A stretch of DNA of 64,000 nt from Monocercomonoides exilis PA203 (taxonomy: Eukaryota; Protista; Preaxostyla): positions 434,001-498,000 of the forward strand of contig LSRY02000047.1 in the NCBI GenBank assembly GCA_001643675.2, read 5' to 3'. Numbering within the stretch: position 1 is the first letter of the stretch; each line of letters begins with the position of its first letter. Shown here in pieces: positions 12,743-26,457 of this stretch. The position numbers and the translations under genes are program-made. The notes under the pieces are model-generated. The model was not told the origin of the DNA. It was given only the letters and a program-made list of their open reading frames with translations, and searched no databases.

Positions 12743-14030
12743 TTAGTCATATAAATGCGATGGAAGAACAACAACGTCTTCACCTTCTTCTGAGAACTTC
12801 TTCCAACGATGTCTATTTCTTCGAGATGAATGCCCATCAAAAAAAAGAAGAGTTTGGAGTCTTCTGACTTTTTCAATTATCGTATGTCGGTCTTTTTTCT
12901 CCACATTCTTCAATGTTTTCTCTTCTTTATCTGTTAATACTTTTATCAATTTTTGACAAAAACACATTTTGATGTTTTCGATAAGAAACCACCAGTTGTA
13001 ATCATCCTCCTTAATTTGTTTGAAAAAAAGAATTTTAAGAATCTGTTGAAGTTTTCTCAGAGCAACATTCTTCTTCGAATTTCTCCTTTGCAAAAATGAA
13101 TGCATTTTCAAAAAATTTATATGATTTTTACGAAATACATTTAATCATCTTGTTCATCCATTGAATATGAATTGTCTTCTATTTGAATGTTCGAAGTTAT
13201 TTGTGAACATGAGAACGACAGGTATGAAAGTGGAGGTGAAGATGATGAGGTGGGAGCTGTGTGAGATAGAGATGAACTGCTTGATTTTTTCAGTGTTTAT
13301 GTTTAAAATTATGATGAATAATCTCCAATAAATGTATTTGATATTTTCATTGTTAAATTTAATTGTTGTGTTTGTAGAAAACAATTCTTTTTTTCGATTT
13401 GTTTGTCTGATGCTTATCGTTGAAGTTGACAATCTTCTCGTTTGAATTAAGTTGTTTATTTTTTCTATTTTTCTTCGTTGATCTGTTAAGTTACGCATGA
13501 CAACATTTAATATGATTTGTTAAAATAAGACTGATATCATCCATCTTTATGTTGTAGTATGCAAAACAAAATCGTCATTATACCACTGTTCATTTATTTC
13601 TTTTTCAAACTTTGGAGTGAGAATGAGATGAGTGGGAAGATGACCCCCATCTACTGAGACAATGAACAAAAGTGTAAGATGTCTTAATGGAGGGACTTCC
13701 AACATTGGGAGAAATCTGCACATTTTTGAAACAGTTTTTTTCTATTTGGATTTTTCGTCTGTTTTGTAACTTGTTTCGTCAAGCTGCAAAATAAGTGATG
13801 GATGGTATTTTCTTGTTAACATTAATCGTCGATAATAGATTTAATACGTTTGTGTTTTTATATTCATTTTTCTTATTTTTTTTTAAAATGTTATGTTCTT
13901 TTTCCATGTTACATGGTGTCGACTTTTTAATAGGAATTTTTCTTTTTACAGAACTTTTTTTTTGTTTTTGATAGCAAAATGCTGAGATGTGTGAAATGGC
14001 TTTCAGAATTTGGATAACCGATTTTAACAT
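12743..14030 (-). mobile_element. Decayed pogo/DDE-1 transposase fragments
   Basis: YFAA(D)ET near 13780, RHLTLLFIVSVDGGHLPTHLIL (13620-13685), RWMISVLF near 13540 and LLFFDGHSSR..VVLPSH (12743-12860). Possibly two juxtaposed copies. Confidence 0.7.
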
Positions 14031-14930
14031 AGTTGATTCAATTTATTAAGGTTTGTTTTTTTATTTTTGCTTATTATTAAACAAGATATTACGTTTTTTT
14101 GTTAATTTTGAATTGGCTTTTCCCACTCAACCAAGCATTTCCAGAAAATGATAAATGCTTTTTTTTCCAAAAACATTAACATTTGTCTATTTATATTTTT
14201 AATATCTTGTATAATGAATACTTTTTTCATCAGATTTTTCCATTTCAATTTTTTCATTACATGCAAACATAAAATTGATTATTTCATTGTTATAATAATA
14301 AAACGATAAAAATAAAAATTTAATATGGAAAATAAACACTCATATAATGAAATATTCAAATAATTGAACATTATTATTAAAAATTTATGTCGAATTTATC
14401 GAAATAAAATAGTTACATCGAAGATCAAAAACAGTTGGAACCATTTGGATGTTCTAGACATAAAGAAAAATACTATGTTCTATTTTTTTAATATTTCATT
14501 ATATGAGTGTTTATTTTCCATATTAAATTTTTATTTTTATCGTTTTATTATTATAACAATGAAATAATCAATTTTATGTTTGCATGTAATGAAAAAATTG
14601 AAATGGAAAAATCTGATGAAAAAAGTATTCATTATACAAGATATTAAAAATATAAATAGACAAATGTTAATGTTTTTGGAAAAAAAAGCATTTATCATTT
14701 TCTGGAAATGCTTGGTTGAGTGGGAAAAGCCAATTCAAAATTAACAAAAAAACGTAATATCTTGTTTAATAATAAGCAAAAATAAAAAAACAAACCTTAA
14801 TAAATTGAATCAACTATGTTAAAATCGGTTATCCAAATTCTGAAAGCCATTTCACACATCTCAGCATTTTGCTATCAAAAACAAAAAAAAAGTTCTGTAA
14901 AAAGAAAAATTCCTATTAAAAAGTCGACAC
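13916..14930. repeat. Inverted duplication: arms 13916-14356 and 14490-14930 (441 bp), 133 bp spacer
   Basis: Arms are reverse complements with constant coordinate sum 28846 at both boundaries; no mismatch seen by eye. Confidence 0.93.
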
Positions 14931-15618
14931 TTATCAAAAGGCTAAATATTAAATAATTGCATTTTCGATTATTAATGGTTTATTGTTCATTAAAAAATTG
15001 ATATTTTGATCGATATATCGATTTTTGGATTTTGAAAATAATGTCTGAATAAATCTGAATAATAAATACAAAGGACAAAAAATGTTTTCACTTTCGGAAA
15101 ATGTTTTTTGAAAAGAATTTACAAAAATTTAAAAAATAATCCTAATTTTATCGATTAATTTAATGTTTTTAATTATTTCTGTTTAAAGCGACATCGTATA
15201 TAATCACAATCGGATATTATCACAAAAAATCGAGAAATATTCGATGTGAGTTCTTCATGTATTAATTTTGTTTAAAGAAGTATTTTTCATTCTGTGTCAT
15301 AACTTTTTTTAGGGTATTTTATTAATTAGTAACTGTTGAAAATGGTTTGAAAACTATAATTCTCATTTTTTCTAGTTGCAGTTGTTTCAAATGCAGATAT
15401 AAAGATTTCTTCATGATTGTTTTTTTGAAATGGTATTATCACTTTTCAATGTTTATTATCAAATATGGAAAACAAATATTCTAACTCAATTCTTTGATAG
15501 AAAAAGTGTGATTTTTAAAAGAACCACTTCCAAGCACGACATTATTAATATTTAATGTTTTCGAGAATAATCACGTTGAAAGAGAAAACAAAACTGTTAT
15601 TGCTTCATTTTTCTATGT

Positions 15619-16882
15619 TCATTTTAATCTTAGTAAAATGTTTAAAGTTGAGAAATCTGTTTCGAAAGGTGCATTAATTTCAATAACTTCGTTAAGAAGA
15701 ATAATCCTGTTCGTCACGAATGTTCCTTTCTCTGCTTTCTTTATGTATCTCCTTTGGCATTCTGATCCTTCATCCCATCTACCAATTATAGCAGTTGTCT
15801 CCAAAACACTTTCTTTACTTTCCATATGATTTCCTATCTTCAGCAATGCCGAGCAAATGAATCCAACTCGTAATGAGTGGAATCCGAAGATATTTTCTGT
15901 ATATCCTGCTTGTGAAGCTCTTTTTTGAAATCTTTTTCTCATTGCTTCTTTTCTGATGCCCCAAAAAAACTTGTTTCCTAAGTTTCCTTATTTTCATTTA
16001 TCAAATAATGTCAAAAATAAACCATATTCCTCCACAAGAAATTGCTCCAGCCAATATGGGTGATAATTTATAATATCATAATTTTTCTTTCAAAATTTTC
16101 GAATCGAAAAATTTCATTGAACATTAACAAATGAACTCAAAAAAATGAAATGGCTTTTTAAAGACATCTTCATCTTAATTTTTTCAATGACATTTATTAA
16201 TCAAACACTTAAGATGTGTTTATCATTTGAAAACAAAATAACTTTCCAATGACTAACATCCTTTAAAAAAATAACGCTCCGAAAAAAGTTAAGATTTCGG
16301 AAATAATCTCACATATACAACGTTTATAGTTTGTTTCTGTGTAATAATACCCTCGGCAGTTACGCAGTGATCGTCGTTGAACATTCCTTTAACATGAACT
16401 GGATTGATTGGAACCTTCATTGTTGTTGAATTTTCACCAACATAGACTCTCGCAATATCTCTCAGCTCATTATTGGAGAAAGTATGGCTTCTGGCACCTG
16501 TTCAAATCGCAATTAGATATAAGGTCGATTCCCTGGGCTTTTCAGTGCACCAATCCGGAACGCATTGAAGAATTCAACACAAGTCATGCACAATCAAAGG
16601 CTCCTTCTTCCATTTTTCTGCTTCCTCCTTCTCTTTCTTCCTATGAGCTTCGCTCAAACAGTACCTTTTTCTGGCGAGCTTAACCTCCTTCAACGAAACA
16701 AGCATTTTATGTAAAACAACTACTGGAACTGGGCAATTTGTACGAGATCTGGAAATAGCTTTCAGGGAACTAATCACATCATCTTTAATCGTGCTTATCG
16801 AATATTGCAAGTCAATTCCCATCAACTTAATGAATCTGAATGTTGATTTTTCGCTGAGAGACCATGGCTCATTCTCTATCAC
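15619..16882 (-). mobile_element. Decayed tyrosine recombinase (phage-integrase fold), no adjacent RT seen
   Basis: Box I LYLIAI*TGARSHTFSNNELRDI (~16455-16525), box II FGFHSLRVGF, then IIGRW..SECQRRY; N-terminal helical part at 16574-16882. Interrupted by stops and an AT-rich stretch. Confidence 0.78.
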
Positions 16883-17115
16883 TTCGCTAAATTACGTATT
16901 AATTAGGAAAATCCATCTGTGAGTTTTTCTTTTTTCTTCAGAGAATTGAAGACCCAATTGAAGGAATTTTTTAATTGTTTCTTCACTGCAACTTTGAAAA
17001 CCCTTGGATTATCTTGTGGGAGATTCGCATTCATTTCTATTGGGATTCAACAGCAGTCTTGATGACGGATTTGTTGATATGCTCAATGGTGGGAAAACTT
17101 CAATCAATAACATCT

Positions 17116-17352
17116 CTTAATTTTTTTGAAAAATTCCTTTTGTTTAATTTTCAAATACAATGAAAATTTCATATTTCGATCAAATTTCTGTTCTCATACA
17201 CCAAAATTCGCTGTCATGTTAATAAAATCTTGGCAGTGTTATTGTTTCCACTTTTGAGAAGTTTCATTCGTGGGAACAGATACTTTATCGAAATATGTAT
17301 TTTTTATTTTGTTTGATAATAAACAAGAGAAACTTCACAAAATAATTAGACA
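17116..17352. mobile_element. MITE family B copy
   Basis: TTTTTTTGAAAAATTCCTTTTGTTTAATTTTCAAATA..TTTCATATTTC..CAAATTTCTGTT..CGCTGTCATG is colinear with 10132-10373. Confidence 0.75.
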
Positions 17353-17989
17353 TATTCATTTTTATCAGTTGCGGTAGAATTGATAACCACTTGGATGTCT
17401 GATTTGTTCAATTTTCAGATTCTTTCTTTTCTTATTTGAGTGATATTACTAGAAATCATGACTTTTTTCGGAGCGTCAATTCAATATATGTTTTTTCCCT
17501 TAAGAAAATTATTTTCCTTCAAAAGAAAATTGAATAACAATTGTTTATAATAACGATATTAAAGAAATAATTCATGAAATTAAAATATTCAAAAAAAATC
17601 CTTAAATTTCAAGTGTTCATTAATCAATAAAATCATAATCGAATTTTATCAACATCACTTCGAATTTCATTTTCCGATAAACTAATTTTGTTTTTTATTT
17701 TATTTTCTTTCTTTTAGTCATATATTCAAAAACTTTCGATCGCATATAATCACAGAGCTTAAAGCGAATCACATTTATTATTTGAATGGGTGGTTTATAC
17801 ATAAAAAAGTCTATTTTTTGAAAAATAATCTCACTTTTTCTGTTCATAAAAAAGATTTTGTCAAAGTCTGAAAAACATTTAAAAACAATTAAAAATTTGT
17901 TGTCTTATAATAACGAAGCTGAAAAGGGATTATGCATAATATGAAAGTTTGTTTCACTTTCAGCACCTAAAAAATAATCTCAAACCACT

Positions 17990-18390
17990 CCAATGCTCAA
18001 ATGACAAAGCTGTCAAAATTCAGCAAAGACTGCTTCTGACCTTTCTAAAAATGCTCAATGATCACTCTGTGTTTCGATAACTCAGGCGTTCCACACGGCT
18101 TCGTAATGTATGCTCCAAGCTATGTTTTTGGTCATATGGATGCAGAGTCTACTTACAGTTTTGTGTTTCCTTATTTGTTTTCAAACGTTGGATAATGATG
18201 TTGAAATACAACATAATCATGTGTGCTTCAAGGAGAAGTATCACTGATAGAACAAGCTATTCCAAGTTTGGAATTGATGCCCACTTCGACTTAAATAAAA
18301 TAATTGTGGAGCTTCCTGCTGAAGAACTTCATTCCATCTTTAATTTTTCCTCCTGGTCGATTTATTGGGAGAAAAGAGAGAAATCGATAA
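17990..18390 (-). mobile_element. Second, decayed Harbinger-type DDE_Tnp_4 transposase (absent from the ORF track)
   Basis: Manual translation GMKFFSRKLHNYFI*VEVGINSKLGIACSIS..STHDY..ITKPCGTPELSKHRVIIEHF aligns with GEKYFSGKHHIYCVKIEVGVNPRIGTACTLS..STHDF..ISKPVGTPHLASRHVIVKRF of 4425-5444. Confidence 0.8.
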
Positions 18391-18881
18391 TAAAGCTTAT
18401 ATGTATTTCTTTTTTGTAAAATTCCTTATGTTTTATTTTCTTATACATTGGAATGACTTATTTAGATCTTATTTTCATTTCCACTAACGTAATTCTTCAT
18501 TAATTAAATTTTAATTTTTATTATGCTCTTTCACATATTCGAGTGAAGTTTCATGAATGAGAACAGCAATTTGATTAATGTTTGAATGATGATATTTGAA
18601 ATCAATTATTTACCATCAAAATCTTTTGTTTCCTTATTTGTGTTGAATATTCATTAATGAACCCTGAAAAATTATTGATCTAATTTATGATGCATATACG
18701 ATTTTTTCATATATTGCTTTGGCATTTTTGATAATTGTCATGCATTTAACATCTTGAAAGAATATTATTTGGCTAAGAACAGAAAACTTTCACATGTCCA
18801 ATTTCCCAAAAAAGTTATGATTCCAAAAATAATCACCCTTATTATTGTAATTTTATTTAAAAATTCATCAAAACGAACTAT

Positions 18882-18920
<39 letters not shown>

Positions 18921-19189
18921 AATGAAACAAAAATTGATAAACCTAGCGAGTTGATGGAAAAAGATGAAATTTATTTTTGTTGTCTAATTGCCAGAAAAAA
19001 TATGATGATTTTAAAAGAGAAAATGAAATCGTTTTCAATTTGTTTTATCCTTTTTTAGGAATATCATTAATATGTTTATTTTTTCGAATCGATTTTTTTT
19101 TCAATTTTCGATCTTTATGATAAATAAAAGAGTCGATCTGTTTCGAAAAAAGAAAAGAAAAGTTGAAGTCAAAATCAATAAATAACAAA

Positions 19190-20120
19190 TATGGTTTCAA
19201 ACTCCTCTAAAAAAGTGAAGTATTGCAATCGGTTATTTTCAGACCAATGGAGATGGCTTAAATATCACCTCAATCTCCAAAAAATATCCGAAAATAGTTT
19301 TCTGACTTAGCTGAAGGGATCAAAAAGAATAATGTCGACTCATCCACAATCTTCAATCTCGATAAGTCTTCTTTAAGTTTTTGCGATACATTCATGAAAC
19401 AAGTCGTCTGCATGAAAAATCAGATTCCACCTTTTCAACAAAAGCACCCGAATATGACAAATGTTTCGCTGTGCTTGTATATTTGTGAAAACAGATCTTC
19501 TTTTTCCTAATTAATGTTGTGACCGAAAAAAAGATGTTCAAAATAAGTTTGACTTCATTGAATAAGTTTGAAATTCGTTATGTCTTATCTCCTTCAGACC
19601 GGATAACTTAAGAAATATTAAGAGAAATTATGTTCAATTGCAGGATTTGTCTGATTTCCGAAAACTAAGTTTATTGAAATGAAAAAAAACTGAAAGTTCT
19701 TCTTTTGACAAACAATCATCGATCACATTTTATTCTATTTTATCATATAAAGCAAAATAGAACAAAACTATTATTAGGAAAATTCCACCAAACATGACTC
19801 ATTTGTTGCTTTGCTTTGATTCTGTGTGTTTTCGCGTTTGAAACATGCACAAAACAAAAAAATTTGTTCCCTTCATAACAATTTTTTTTGAGAGCTTTTC
19901 GGTTGGCTTTGGCTAATGTCCTTCCAGATGCAGAGGCAGCTATGGTCACTCCGTCAATAATAAAAGATTCGTTTGCAAGAACTAGAATCTGGTCCGTTGC
20001 TGCTTTTGCAATTCTTTGAAGCAAATCAAATATTCCACTTTCATCAGGTGAAGAAAAATTAATTCTAAAAGCATCTATTCATGAATGGAAAATGAAATTA
20101 CTCGAAATTTTTCTGAAAAG
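19190..20120 (+). mobile_element. Decayed pogo/DDE-1 family transposase
   Basis: STIFNLDKSS, NVSLCLYICEN, VLLLTNNHRSH, KIPPNMTHLL and LANVLPDAEAAMVTPSIIKDSFARTRIWSV match the 8.2-9.6 kb copy. Confidence 0.72.
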
Positions 20121-21998
20121 AAAAATCACAAAATCAAACAGCAAACAAAAATTATTCAGCCAAATGGGAGACAACTAATTTACAAAAAGTTTAAAGGCAA
20201 TATTCTGTCAAACATTCACTTGCTCATTCAAACTATTCATTTAAAGCCTCGAAAGAAACTTTTTTTCTCAAATCTCAGTTTAATTCGAAAACAACATCAT
20301 TTGAAAAAAAAGAAAAAAAGAAAGAAAAAAAGAAAGAAAGAAAGAAAGAAAGAAAAAAGAAAAAGAAGAAAGAAAAAAAAAGAAAAAAGAAAAAAAATAA
20401 CTCATTATGATTAACATAATCACAACAATAAATTGAAGATTATAATTATTGAATTAAATTGAAAAACAAACAGTCTAGCATCAAGAAGACCTGAAAATTA
20501 AATTCATAAGTTTTGATCGTTTCCTTTTTGATTTTGAAAATTCATTTTTTTGAAAAATATAATAAAAAAGCTTTGGAAAATGAATAAGAATGGATCATGT
20601 TAAAGAATTTGAAAATTAATAAACATAATAAAATTACATTATTGAAATAATTTTTCTGTTCGATAATCTGTCACAAATCCTTATCCAAAAAGCATGAAAA
20701 TAAACTTATTATCGAAAACAAAAAGAAATAAAAATTAAAAATGGTTATCAAATTGAAAAGAAATGAAATACAGCAACAACTGAATCAAATTTGTTTCTTT
20801 CACAATATTATACTCATCAATATTGCATTTGACATCATTCAAGATTCTTTTTTTCTCTTCTTAACTCAATTTATTAATCAGTTTATGTTTTCATCTCTTT
20901 TAGATATTTTTTGCACTATTATTGATAGATTGAATTCTTCTATTTCGAATGAAAATAAATAACTCTTTTTTCCGCTCTTCAAATATGAACAAACACAAAA
21001 ATTCAATCAGAATGCTTTTGTTAATGAAAAAGCAACAATTAATAACATTAATAACCTTATTCAAATATTATTCTTTTTCAAACAAGAAGAAATCAATGGA
21101 ACAAAAATTTTGGAAATTCATTTTTGGTCAATTTTGAAGGTCTTTGCAATAATCGATTATTTCAATTAAATTAAAAGCCAACTCACAAAAATTCTAATAA
21201 AATGAAATGATATTCAAAATCGAGAACACATTTCATTCTTTGTTTCCACACCTGCAATTTTTAAAAAAAACTGTGAAAGACATTTAGTCAAAATTTTCAA
21301 TTTCATTTTTCATTTATATTTTCAATTGAAGAAACTGCAAGATTAAAAATATATTTATTGACACTTTTTTTTGAAGGAAACTCAACATTTGAGAGTGGAA
21401 AAAAAATTTTTTTTATTTGAATCCTAATTGTTATAATTATCATTTTGAAAAAAGGGGATAAGTTTATATTGATTGCCGCATTTATCAACGTAAATGATTT
21501 AAATGTGTTATTCTTCAGAAAAGTTATAAAAGTTTTGTATTTTCTTTCATCGAATATTTTCATGTTAAATGAATTTTTGCAATTGATATTACCAATATTA
21601 TACTCAAAAAAAGGAAATAATCATATTTTTTTTTCAAAGATTCGAATTCTTTCATTTTTTTATTCGACTTCAGGAAATCAAGAAAATTTGACATATATCA
21701 ATGAGAATGATGATTAAAAGTGAGCAAACTTTAAAAAAAACTTCACAAATATTCGGAAAATAAAATATTTATTGATAGGTAATAAATATTAATACAATTT
21801 CAATTTGTGTATTATTTAGATGGAATATATACATACAAATAATTATTTCAATATTTATTTATTTTCTATTTTTTAATAAATTATTGTTCCAACGAACAAA
21901 ACTTCTCAAAGACGGAAATAAAAACCAGATAATTCTCTTGTGCACATTTCAATGAAGCATCGTTAATGAGAAAATAAAATTTATCAAAATCTGTGAAC

Positions 21999-23211
21999 TT
22001 TTTTTAACCTGAACATATTTTTACAGGTTTATCTCATTAAAATAACTAAAAATAGAAAAATCATTGTGAACCAGGTTTGCATTTCAATTTAATGTGAATA
22101 GAAAATTTATTTCATAACAAATGGGGCAAAATATTTTTCTTCATGCATTTTCATTGAAAAATCATGCACTTTTCAATAACTTTTTTATATCAAAAAACAC
22201 AATTAAAATGGGTTTATTTTTCGACATTCGTGAAATGTCACAAAACTTTGTGTTTTTATTTCAATGATGCATGTTTATGGAAATGAAAATCAAACTTATT
22301 TTGAAATCTGAGAAAGTCAAACAAAGTTATGAGTGATGCAATTTTTTCAATGCCTTGTGCAAAAAAAGCTTGAAAGTCCGTATTTTACCTTAAATTTTGT
22401 GTTTGATGAACATCAAAGGTGTTTTCAATTCATTTTAGATGATTTGTTTTAATCGTTTTTAACAAACTTTCTTTTTCTGTCTGTTTTTTGGTGTAAGGTC
22501 ATGAAACATACATATTCACCTTTTAATATTCTATATATTTTTTGTTTTTTACTGTTTTTCCCATTGTTTATAGCAATTCATAGTATTGACAAAAAATGCA
22601 TAAAAACGTGAATTACTGACCTTGTATTTGAAATATAAAATTATTCATCACAGTCTTGTGAAATTTTGTAATAAATGCATAAGTATTTTTTTAATTAGTC
22701 ATTTTAATTAAAATGGAATATAAATGAACATCTTTATTATTTTCATAAATTAATTTGTATTGCAAAGGAAACATTTAACTTATTTTAAAAACGGTTATTG
22801 TTTCACTTTAACTCATATGGGGTAAAATACGGACTTTCAAGCTTTTTTTGCACAAGGCATTGAAAAAATTGCATCACTCATAACTTTGTTTGACTTTCTC
22901 AGATTTCAAAATAAGTTTGATTTTCATTTCCATAAACATGCATCATTGAAATAAAAACACAAAGTTTTGTGACATTTCACGAATGTCGAAAAATAAACCC
23001 ATTTTAATTGTGTTTTTTGATATAAAAAAGTTATTGAAAAGTGCATGATTTTTCAATGAAAATGCATGAAGAAAAATATTTTGCCCCATTTGTTATGAAA
23101 TAAATTTTCTATTCACATTAAATTGAAATGCAAACCTGGTTCACAATGATTTTTCTATTTTTAGTTATTTTAATGAGATAAACCTGTAAAAATATGTTCA
23201 GGTTAAAAAAA
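21999..23211. repeat. Inverted duplication: arms 21999-22389 and 22821-23211 (391 bp), 431 bp spacer
   Basis: Reverse-complement arms with coordinate sum 45210 at both boundaries; each arm holds a MITE A copy plus ~120 bp of flank. Confidence 0.93.
22817..23089 (+). mobile_element. MITE family A copy (inverted duplicate at 22121-22389)
   Basis: ATGGGGTAAAATAC ... ATATTTTGCCCCAT termini; colinear with 10398 and 26458 copies. Confidence 0.78.
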
Positions 23212-24249
23212 AAATCCTGATTAAAGAAACTCATTTATAAAATTATTTTCTTCTTGAAAACTGAACTTAAAGAATATTCCAATTAGAAAATTTCATGAAT
23301 TAATTGCACATTCATATCGATTTATTATGTGAATGAAAAATATTTTCGATGAAAATAAAGATGCAAGAAGTGGCAATTTGAAAGTGGATACAAATAAAAA
23401 TTGTGTAATTGTTTATTCACCAGTTCGAAAAAGTTAGATAATGCTAAAATCTCTTAATTAAATATTTCTTGATTGAATATTTTGTAAGGTCTTATTTATT
23501 GGTTCAATCGAAATTGAGAATCACATTCATTTGTTCATTGGCATTTTTTTAAAAGAGCACAGTTGTGTAATAATAGTGAGGTAATAATATTTCACAATCG
23601 AATACTTGGAAAATTGGATAAAGAAGACTTTCATTTCTCATGCTTCCATCAAAAGAATGATTTTGAAAGAAATGAATAAACAAGTTGTTATAATGTTTGA
23701 TGGTTGCAAATAATATATATATATATATATATATATTGATAATGTCTTGAATCAACTCAAAAAAAATGAAGTATCCTTTCAGGTTTCTCCTCCCATTACA
23801 AATCACCAACTTTAATACTTTTAATTTTCTTGATAAACTCACTTTGTTAGTATCAAATCCAATAAATAAGGTCTTGTTCAACGCATGAAAACATTTATCA
23901 ACTTTTGTATGTTGCAATGAATGTCACATGACAAATTCACTGATTTTGAAGAATATCAGAAACTGATTTTGCTTTGTTTTTAAAAGGAAAAAATTGCTCT
24001 CATTTCAATTTATAAAAATAAACTTCCTTTGTTGTTCAATAAATAAAACAGTCAGCCAATATTAAAAAGGACTCATGATTATTAACAAAAAAATGAAATA
24101 ATATTTCGCAACTGAGAAAATAATGGTTCGCACTATTTCTTTTGAAAAAAATAAAAATAAAAATATAGATCATTTCAAAATATTTGCACATCCGTGAATA
24201 ACCTTGCATATAGAACAGAAAACACATTTATTGCTTTCACCGAAAAATA

Positions 24250-25122
24250 AGCTCAAAATAAAAAGGCTTCATGCAAAAGGATATTGCGGAAATGCTATCG
24301 CAAGATTAACTGAAACTTTAAGGTAATCAGTATCAGAAGACATTAACACAAAAAAAACTTATTTCACAAAGAATTTTCAAGTGCAAACCTGGGCGTCCAA
24401 CATCTCTCACAAGAAAGAACAGACATATTATCAAGAAAGCACTGAAAACAAAACAGAAACATAGGGCAAGAGATATCCCAAAGATGACATGCGTCCATTG
24501 CTGTCTAACCACAGCACGATTATTGTTGCATAATGTTCCTTCTAAATTAACACTACGAAAAAAGAAACCATATAAATCGAATAAAAAGAAACGAAAGAGA
24601 AAGGACTTTGCAGGGTGCCATTTGAGAAACGATGATAAATGGAATCATTCCTGTTTCGCGGACGTTAAAAAATTCAACCTTGATGGACCAGACAGTAGAA
24701 GGATGAAATGGATTACTTTTAATGATGCTGTTACATTTGATCATCTAAGTCAGAAACCTCGACAAAAACTTAAAGAATGGGGAGCAGTTGGTATGGATTT
24801 CAAAAGAAAATTATTAATATTTGAAAACACGATTAATTCAATTGATTATGTTAATATTTTGAAGTACACTCTGAAACCGCAAGTTGATACCAAGTGGCCC
24901 TTTTTCAGAAGATTCGTTCATAATAATGCACCTTTTCAAAAATTTAAGCTAATGAAAAAATACTGTGAAGACAATCAAATTCACACTGTTTCGTGGCTAC
25001 CGCACACTCCGGATCGAAATCCTATCGAAAATGTGTGGAAAATGTTAAGCGATAGAGTTTTTGAGGATGGAATCCCTAAAACAACGAGTTCAGAATTGAA
25101 TAAAAAGTATTTCAACAAATAG
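24250..25122 (+). mobile_element. Tc1-type (DD34E) transposase pseudogene
   Basis: W..SCFADVKKFNLDGPD, WGAVG, FVHNNAP (second D replaced by N), WLPHTPDRNPIENVWK with 34 residues between that position and E; upstream KPGRPTSLTRKNRHII HTH linker. Confidence 0.88.
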
Positions 25123-26457
25123 GAGATGACTTTTTCAATACTTGATAAAAATGTTGTTTTGTCTTGAAGCAAAAAACTTTCTATTGTGAATGAAGAAAAA
25201 GAAGATAAACTTGAAGAACTTCATTTTATTTGAATGTTTTAATTTCTTTTTCATTTTATATTTTTTCATCTTTTCTTTCATTTCATTTCATTTCGTTTCA
25301 TTCTTTTTATTGCTAAACAATTTTTTGGTTGCATAATTTTTGCAACAAATTATTGCAATAATGGCCCTTAACTTCAATTTTTTCTTCAGAAAATCAAGGA
25401 ATCAATTCAGAAAAATATAAAATCGTTCATTATAAATTTAGCATTTGTTTAAAAAAAAACACAATTCTCTTTTGCAATGAAAGAATAGAGAAACGAACTT
25501 CTAAAAGGTTGGATTGCTTTCGTTGGGATTATATCTTTGTGAATTTCAATTTTAAAATATTTTTTTAAACAGATTTTCAGATAATTCTTTTGAAACATCT
25601 TAAACTTTCTAATAATCCAAAGATAGAAATGAAAAAGTTATTGAAATAGTAACACGGAACAATTACTCAAAGCTTCTGATATATTCAAAAAAAAAAAAAT
25701 AAAATAAAAAAAACAAATAAAAATGGTGAACGAAAAATCATCAAAAGAAAGTTTATTAATTACTAAGTTGTTTTTGTTATAAGAAATATGTTTTCAAACA
25801 ACTGAAATATTCGGGTAATAATTTTTGAAATCACGTATTTTTTCGGGGTGTGTTTTATTTTCGAATTCACAATTAAATAAAAAAACAATTTTCAAAAAAG
25901 CATCACACTCTTTCAAATTATTGTTATTCAAACACATCTTGTCACAAAAAGACAGAGCTATGCATTTGTGACCTTTAAAAAATTTTTGAATGATTTCAAA
26001 GTATTTGTGACAAATTGTTGATTAAAAAATTTTGATTGAAAAAATATGAAATCAAAAAGAATCACTAATTTCAAAAAATCTTTTCTTTTCATTTTAAACA
26101 TTTATGACTTTTATCAAGAACAAAAGAAGTATTGTGTAATTTTGGTATAACAATGAAATATCTTTCTGATTTTGAAATTTGTTTGAGTAATTTCGAAATT
26201 ATCAAGTGATTTAAAAAAAAACGAAAATCAAAAATTGGGTTGGAATTAGCAGTATCATTAACAATTTCAAATTGATTGGGGAAAGTCTTTATAAAAAGTT
26301 GCAAATTTTTAATACTTAAAATCATAAGAATTTCAAATTTTGATCTAATTTTTGTTCCAGCTCACACATTTGCACAAGAATGTTAGTCATTGCATTATCA
26401 AGTTAAAGCTTTCATTTAGTGAAGTTTCGTAAGTGTGAACAAATATTTGATCAAGAT

